A stretch of 62,942 nt of DNA, counting the filler, from Stramenopiles sp. TOSAG23-3 (taxonomy: Eukaryota), in the NCBI GenBank assembly GCA_900128585.1. It is 12 parts of 12 records of this genome, joined end to end, with 100 filler letters (N's around TTAATTAATTAA, not from the genome) between each part and the next. Parts side by side here need not be neighbours in the genome. Positions count along the whole stretch, not along the records: positions 56,329 to 61,836 come from LT643507.1; positions 61,937 to 62,942 come from LT646731.1; 10 more parts are not named here. One strand, given 5' to 3'. The notes under the pieces were generated by a model, which made no database searches, had not been told where the DNA came from, and worked only from the letters and a program-made list of their open reading frames with translations. Shown here piece by piece: positions 56,431 to 62,942 of this stretch; position 1 is the first letter of the stretch; every line of letters starts with the position of its first letter. A program made the translations under genes and the position numbers.

Positions 56431-57747
56431 ATGAAATCACCAACCCGCTCCGCGAAGACCTTTGAAACGGTAACCCCGCTTTCTGTGGGAGGCAGTAGTA
56501 CTAGCACGGCGGGTGGGGAGCAACGGCAGGTACGAAAAAGCATTAAATATATTGATGCACAAAGGCAAGCGCGTCGGAGTGGTCTTGCAATTGTGCCCCC
56601 ACGGGATGGGCCAATGTTAGATCCGAACAACATTCACGGCCGAGATAGACCCCTCTTTCCTGACTTTGTGAAGGGCACCCCAGCTCCAGGTGCTGATACC
56701 GCGCGCCCTCCCCGCCCGTCCACTATGGACCGGTCGGCCAAAGCCACGAAGCTTAAGATGATAGACGATGCGAAGCAGCTCACTCGAGAAGACAAGGGAA
56801 AAAAGTACCGCCGAGGGTCCGTGGTGGACCGTTGGCGAAGGGCGTCCATGTTCGACGAGATCGTCCAAGCCCAGAGCCAGGACCGTGCAAGCCGGTCGGA
56901 CAACAACCGCGGGGAAGCCGCGAGAATTTCGCAGATCCAAGGGGCGAAATCGATAGGCTTGAGCCGTGATCACCGTGCCCGAATGATTGCGTTTGAGATG
57001 GCTGCGGACCATATTCGGCATCACGAAACAAAAGATACGGACGAAGATACGGAGTGGGTGGGGCTGAACCCTTTCTGCGTTGCAAGCATGCCGGAGGATA
57101 TCAGACGGGGCTTTCTGACCAAGGTCTTTGGGATTCTGTTCTTGCAACTGTTTTTTACGACGGTCATCGTGTGCGTCATCAAGTACAGCGGCCTTGGTGA
57201 AGTGCTGAACGCAACGTTCTGGGCAGTGTGGATCATTTTTATTATGCCGTACATCCTTGTTGGCGTTTTGCTGTGCGTGCGCAAGAAGCATCCTGTCAAC
57301 CTGATCGTCTTCACAGCCTTCTCAGTCTCCATAGCGTTTATGCTAGGCTTGGCAATTTATGGCCTTGCAGACTCCCTCTTCATCGTTACGATGGGGGGGA
57401 TGTGCGCCATGGTCGGTGGCATTGCTGCGTTTGCCCGGAAGCCGATGGACGACTTCAATTTCTACAATTCGTTCTACATTGTTGGCCTTTCTGTTGTGCT
57501 TACCTTGATCATATCGCTGTCCTTGTACCCTGGCCTGCTGTGGCACTTTTACATATGGCCACCGTTTGCTACTTTGTTGTTTGGCGTTTGGATCATATGG
57601 GACATTGTAGCGATTCAGATTGACCTGACCCCCGACGAGTATATTATCGGCGCGCTGGACATTTATTTGGATATCATCAACATGATTTTGTGGATGCTCG
57701 TATGCTGCTTGTACTGTTTGGAGTCCGTTGCCAAGTGTGCGGGGTAA
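56431..57747 (+). CDS. TMBIM / Bax inhibitor-1 / Lifeguard family protein with long N-terminal extension
   Basis: IRRGFLTKVFGIL, RKKHPVNL and TPDEYIIGALDIYLDIIN (di-aspartyl motif); about seven TM helices. Confidence 0.9.
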   Translation: MKSPTRSAKTFETVTPLSVGGSSTSTAGGEQRQVRKSIKYIDAQRQARRSGLAIVPPRDGPMLDPNNIHGRDRPLFPDFVKGTPAPGADTARPPRPSTMDRSAKATKLKMIDDAKQLTREDKGKKYRRGSVVDRWRRASMFDEIVQAQSQDRASRSDNNRGEAARISQIQGAKSIGLSRDHRARMIAFEMAADHIRHHETKDTDEDTEWVGLNPFCVASMPEDIRRGFLTKVFGILFLQLFFTTVIVCVIKYSGLGEVLNATFWAVWIIFIMPYILVGVLLCVRKKHPVNLIVFTAFSVSIAFMLGLAIYGLADSLFIVTMGGMCAMVGGIAAFARKPMDDFNFYNSFYIVGLSVVLTLIISLSLYPGLLWHFYIWPPFATLLFGVWIIWDIVAIQIDLTPDEYIIGALDIYLDIINMILWMLVCCLYCLESVAKCAG

Positions 57748-57948
57748 GGTGATGGGCCAAAAGGGGTGCCCGATCGCCGGGAAAGCACAACTTCAGAGAC
57801 AGAGGTCTTATCGTAAGAATTCTTAAAGAAAGTAAATTTTAAAATAATATCATATGATATGCTATTTTAACCCGCGGTACACGAGGAAGATAAATTTCAA
57901 TATTACATTTGTACACCTTCGCGTTTTAACACAATATACGTGATATGC

Positions 57949-59229
57949 TCAGCCCTCTTGGCCAAACATCTCCGTCCATTTCACAAATTGCACCAGCTCG
58001 CTGGGCGACACGGTGGCACCGCCGCCGCGATTGATGATGGTCAAAAAGTCTTGCATGGTGACGTCCGGGCACTTCAACTCTTCGGAGCCGACTTCCATGA
58101 GCGTCTTCTTCTCTGCCCCTGGCGAGTTGCTGTCGCACGGCATGTACCAGTGGCCTACGGTCGACTCCGGGTCTTTGATCTTTCGAAAGAACTGGGCTAT
58201 CTGGCACCGTCGCAATGGTTCCATCAAGGCTTCCCGAACGACCACGGAAATGTCGGACCCAGAGTAACCCTCCGCGAGGGCGGCAAGCTGGTTGAAATTG
58301 TCGCCCGTAAGCGAGTTGGGCGTTTGCCCCAAGTGGAGCTTCATCATGTACGCCCTGGCCTTTGCCTCCGGGAGCGCAATGTAGATCCTCTTTTCAAACC
58401 GCCGGCGCATCGCCGGATCCAGGCCCCAAGGGACGTTCGTCGCTCCCAGGACCAGAATCCCATCGTGCTGCTTCCCGACCCCCTGCATTTGCACGAGGAA
58501 CTCCGTCTTTATCCTGCGCGCGCTCTCGCTCTCGCCCTCCCCCCTGGCGCTGCACAACGAGTCGATCTCGTCGATGAAAATAATGGACGGCTTCCGTTCT
58601 CGGGCTAGCTCGAACAGGTTCTTTATCATCTTTTCGCTCTCCCCCTGCCACTTCGAGACCAGGTCGGCCGAAGACACGCTGAAAAACGTCGACTTGGCCT
58701 CTGTCGCGACGGCCTGGGCCAGGTAAGACTTCCCCGTCCCCGGCGGGCCGTAGAGCAAGATGCCTTTCCACGGGCGCCGTTTCCCCGTAAAGAGCTGGGG
58801 GAACCTGGAGGGGAGTATCACGGCCTCCTTCAGGGACGTCTTCGCGGCCTCTAGGCCGGCAACGTCGTCCCACTTGACGTTGGGCTTGGTCGCCAAAATG
58901 GACGATTCCAGAGAACTCTTCAGCTTGTCGTCCTCCTTGTCCTCTTCGTGTCCTTTCCCCGAGGCGGAGGCCCGTTTCTTCTTCGGGCCTTCCTTCTGCT
59001 GCTTGATAATTTCTTTGATCTGCTCCGCGCGGTCCATGTACGTCTCTACTTTCTTCATCACCTGGTTTCGCGCCGCCTTGTTCTTTTCCCACTTGCAGTA
59101 CAGCATAAAGTACTCCAGCGATCGCTCGTAATGCCCTAGGGCCTCCGCAAAGTTCTTTTCCTTATCCTCCCGAATGGCTTCGGACACAATTTTGACCGCA
59201 CGGTCCAAGTGGTCCCTTGGGTTCGACAT
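57949..59229 (-). CDS. VPS4: Vacuolar protein sorting 4 AAA ATPase (MIT + AAA + Vps4_C)
   Basis: MIT domain; KPNVKWDDVAGLE, GPPGTGKS, LVSKWQGESE, IFIDEID, RRIKTEFLVQM, RRRFEKRIYI; ends FGQEG. Confidence 0.97.
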   Translation of the reverse strand: MSNPRDHLDRAVKIVSEAIREDKEKNFAEALGHYERSLEYFMLYCKWEKNKAARNQVMKKVETYMDRAEQIKEIIKQQKEGPKKKRASASGKGHEEDKEDDKLKSSLESSILATKPNVKWDDVAGLEAAKTSLKEAVILPSRFPQLFTGKRRPWKGILLYGPPGTGKSYLAQAVATEAKSTFFSVSSADLVSKWQGESEKMIKNLFELARERKPSIIFIDEIDSLCSARGEGESESARRIKTEFLVQMQGVGKQHDGILVLGATNVPWGLDPAMRRRFEKRIYIALPEAKARAYMMKLHLGQTPNSLTGDNFNQLAALAEGYSGSDISVVVREALMEPLRRCQIAQFFRKIKDPESTVGHWYMPCDSNSPGAEKKTLMEVGSEELKCPDVTMQDFLTIINRGGGATVSPSELVQFVKWTEMFGQEG

Positions 59230-59709
59230 GGTGTGAGGACGGACGGACGGGCGGGCGGGCGATCGGTTTCTTTCTTTTCAATGGAATACGTCGGGCGTCC
59301 GGGGCTGTGGGGGAGCTAATGCAAAAAAAATGTATATACGATGGAGAGATAGAGAGAGAGCAAAATTTATAAGTAAATGAATGATTACGTTTCATTCTTT
59401 TAATAATTTCCCGTATGTTATTTTTCCTTTGTTTTGTTTTTAGTTGTTAGTAGTGGTGGTGGTGGAAGAAATACCCTGGTAGGTAATTACTTACTACTTC
59501 TATATTATAATAACTACTACACAGCATCCATGTAATAAAATAATAATTAAAAAAAAAAATGATGAATGATGATATGAGGAATCTTCTTCTTCTTTTCTTC
59601 TTAAATAATTCTATACTATGTCTATATATTTTAAATTAGTAAAAGAAGAAGAAAAAATTGGTCTTCTTCTTCTTCAATATAATATTAAAATAATTATTAT
59701 CTTGAAGTT

Positions 59710-60025
59710 GAAAAAAAAGAAGAAAGAAATAAAAAGAAAGAGAATTAAAAGAAGAAGAATTAAAAGAAGTAGTAAGAAGAAGAAAGAAGAAAAAAGAAGA
59801 AGAAAAAAAAGAAGAAAGAAAAGAAAAGAAGAAGAAGAAGAAGAAGAAGAAAAAAAAGAAGAAAGAAAAGAAAAGAAGAAGAAGAAGAAGAAAAAGAAAA
59901 AGAAAGAAGAGAAAAGAAAAGAAGATGAAGATGAAAAAGAAGAAGAAAAGAAGAAGAAGAAAGAAGAAGAAGAAAAAAGAAGAAAGAAAAGAAGAAGAAA
60001 GAAGAAGAAAGAAGAAGGAAAAAGC
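59710..60025. repeat. Long degenerate (AAG/AAAG)n polypurine tract; a second tract at about 60614-60755
   Basis: Almost pure A/G on the + strand. Confidence 0.92.
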
Positions 60026-61270
60026 TAAATAAATAATAATAAATGTGCATGCATGTGTGCGTGATGATAATAATAGCTATAAGAGAAGAAGAAGAGTGTA
60101 TCTCTCTTCCTATCATAAATAGAATTAGTATACGATCACAATATATATATATATACTTTAAAAAAATAATTTAGAAAAATTCGTTGCTGTTTGTTTTATT
60201 ATAAGTACAGTTTTTGAAGACATAAATTAAAATTATTGTATGTACATGACGTAGTAGACAAGCTGTTTTTATGTTGTGTTTCATTATGTATATTTTTTAT
60301 CATTAATATACTGTTTTGTGATTTTGTTTACTAGACTATTTAAATTAATAGGGTAGTTTTTGCTTATTTCTAACTTGTTTTTTTTTTATCCGGTCATTGT
60401 TCTTCTTTCGTTCGTTCTTCTTCTTTTTTTTATAATTTTTATTCTTTTTATCTCCCTTGTTATTTAGATGTTAATAAATTAGAAAAAGCGTATAAGTTCT
60501 TCCTCTCGATCTTCTTCTATCTTCTTATTTTTAATAAAATATAATAAAAGTATTTTATTATTTAATAATTAATACTACGGCGTACCGTACTCTGTACGCA
60601 GATGTACGAGGCAAGAAAAAAGAGAAGAAGAAAATAGAAGAAGAAAGAAGAAAGAAGAAGAGAAGAAAGAAAGAAAGAAGAAGAAAGAAGAAAGAAGAAG
60701 AAAAAAAAAGAAGAAGAGAAGAAGAGAAAAAGAGAAAAAGAGAAAAAGAAGAAGCGTTTCTTTATTTTTTCCATCAATCAATTGAATAAGGATTATAATA
60801 TATATTTAATTATAAATTGATTTGATTGTTTCCAAAGAATGCATAGTAGTTCATATATAACCTAAGGATTAAAATATTAAAAACTATTTTACATACCTTA
60901 CTTATAGATTATTACGACGAATGAATAATAATATATATTATTATTGGATTTTTTTTAATTATTATTTTCTTTGGGGGGGGTGTTCGATGAATTAACTTAA
61001 CCAAACGTACATTTTACATGTTAATGAATTTGATTGACTGACCTAGAAAAAGCAAGATAGAGAGGAAGTAGTGTTGATTCAATACGACGTGAATATATTA
61101 ATATATATTTCAGAGCGAGAGAGATAGAGAAACAAGAAGGCCAGGCCACTACTCTCACTGTCTGTCTGGGTGCGTGCGCGTTGTGGGCAACGTGAGTCGT
61201 TCGCTTGTTGTTTGGGGTTATATATATATACATTAGGTGGTGAAATAATAGAGGTATTGCATAAAAAGAT

Positions 61271-61836
61271 ATGTCGCATCCCCCGCCGCCGCCTCCGCCG
61301 GGAGCTGACAGGAACGGAGCCTTCTTCCAACAAATGAAGCAAGATAAGATTGCCAAGGAACGAGAAGAGCAACAGAAACTACGCGAAAGGATAGCAAACA
61401 TGACGGAAGAGGAAAAGCAGCAATACGAAGCAGATAAAATAGAAGCTGCCATTCAAGATAAGAAAAAGGGAAAGCATTTGAAAGCGCTTGCCCGATCAAG
61501 CGGGGGCAAAAAGAAAAAACTCTTGGGCGGGGGAAGAGGGAGGGGGAAGGGCGGCTCAAAGAAAGGGGGCGCCCCCCCCCCCGCCGCCACCAGGAAGAAC
61601 GAGTGCCCCCCCGCCCCCACCCGGCGCCACGGCGAACGCACGGGGCCCTCCACCGCCCCCATCGGGAGGGGGGGCTGGACCCCCACCACCCCCTCGCAGT
61701 GTAGGCGGCCCGCCTCCTCCACCAGGGGCAGCAAGGGGAGCCCCACTACCAACAGGGAGAACGAGTGGGCCTCCGCCGCCGCCAGGAGCAGCAGCGAAGA
61801 AAGCAAGGGGAGCACCCCCTCCACCGGGAAGAACGA
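61271..61836 (+). CDS. Coiled-coil plus polyproline protein (FH1/WASP-like tail); apparent +1 C frameshift in the C run at 61572-61582; 3'-truncated
   Basis: Removing one C joins ..SKKGGAP to PPPPPGRTSAPPPPPG.., matching the N-terminal PPPPPPPG. Confidence 0.7.
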
Positions 61837-61936
61837 NNNNNNNNNNNNNNNNNNNNNNNNNNNNNNNNNNNNNNNNNNNNTTAATTAATTAANNNNNNNN
61901 NNNNNNNNNNNNNNNNNNNNNNNNNNNNNNNNNNNN

Positions 61937-62344
61937 TTGATTATTATTATTACCTTGGCTCTGATTAGGTTTGCTATAAGCAACGTTTCCAGTACTACTG
62001 TTGCCACCATATGCATTATTGCTTCCACTATTATTATTATTATCAACGTTGTTGCTTTCATTCCTTTTAAGTAATTTGGCTTTTCTTTTCTTTTCTTTTC
62101 TACGAGTTTCAAGAATGTTTACAATAGTAGAAGCATCATTTTTCAACTTTTTAATATATGTAGATAGTGTTATCTCGTCTTCATTCAATCTTATACACTC
62201 ATTAATAAATGCTCGTTGCAATACTTTTAACCGTGTTATGTTGTTAGGATATTTCACACTTCTTAATTGCTCTTGAGTGCTTTGTAAATATTCGTTAATT
62301 AATGACAGCTTTTTAGAAGATGATGACGACGATCCTTTCTCCAT
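61937..62344 (-). CDS. Partial AT-rich hypothetical protein with Asn-rich tract; 3'-truncated
   Basis: Open frame of about 136 codons with plausible composition, running off the contig end. Confidence 0.5.
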
Positions 62345-62942
62345 TATAGATTGATATCTCTGTTGGTATTTTCAAATGTAATATATATATATATATATAT
62401 ATAAATAATTATCTCGATGGTATCTTTTTATTTGAAAAAGTATATTTTCGTTTTGTACATAGAATTTATGTATGTATCAAAACACTGTGCCTTGCACATA
62501 AATAATGCAAATTAACCAGCAAAAAATATTTGAATTGGAGCACTACATTTACTGGACATCATGTAACTTTCTTTCTTTTTCCACTAATGCTAATTTCCTT
62601 CTTTTTTGAAATTGTTTAATTTCATTAATGCTATTTCTATGCTATTTGTGAAAATTTAGTTCAAGTTTATATATTCATAATAATTTATACGTTCTTATCG
62701 CAATAGAATATCTAAAATGCCGCTGTTGTTTTGTTGAAACCAGCAGCAAGAATTTTCGTATGTATATACTAAACCTCTGCGTATGTTTTTCCACGAATAA
62801 AATTTTTTTCACCTCTCTGATATTTTTCAAAAACACAACAACGAGTGGAAATTATTCAACAGATATTGCAAGATAAATGTCCAGGTATCTAAGAAATATG
62901 TTTTGTTTTTTGTAAAGCGTGGCGGGCGATGTAGATGGTGCG

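Noticed and set aside
59618-60781. Lys/Glu-rich and Phe/Ser-rich ORFs
   Set aside because: Translations of AAG microsatellite tracts; the same applies to ORFs at about 12082-12334, 16363-16886, 32719-32956 and 39215-39433.
62400-62942. Alternative genetic code (stop reassignment) in the AT-rich contig
   Set aside because: The minus-strand frame I translated contains both TAG and TGA and yields no coherent protein; I did not test every frame.

Overview
This window is not one locus. It is 12 unrelated contigs or scaffolds, sorted by decreasing length (about 5.5 kb each, the last cut by the window end) and joined by artificial 100-bp linkers (44 N + TTAATTAATTAA + 44 N). Most come from a gene-dense, intron-poor microbial eukaryote with GC-rich exons and AT-rich, microsatellite-laden spacers; it looks like a flagellated, probably phagotrophic protist (stramenopile-like is my inference). 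Recognisable genes include a WW-PDZ protein, TPR proteins, sedolisin/TPP1, a divergent dynein heavy-chain C-terminus, an aquaporin, a TPR-PDK1-CPPED1 fusion, an EGF/Calx-beta/PA14/filamin surface protein, a GLE1-like protein, EF-hand TMEM65, RING-H2, an RRM/NCOA5-like protein, a carotenoid oxygenase, a SHIPPO-repeat protein, ABCC, a VHL-domain protein, TMBIM and VPS4. Contig 4 (16939-22481) looks like a large DNA virus: a minimal topoisomerase II tightly packed against a secreted RCC1-repeat protein. The most intriguing non-coding signal is a ~30-bp element (TACTTAAATAACAGCCAATTTTCTTGTTTT) that recurs downstream of gene 3' ends on at least five contigs, several copies bracketed by copy-specific 9-15 bp direct repeats resembling target-site duplications. 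All family calls come from motif recognition by eye; no searches were run.
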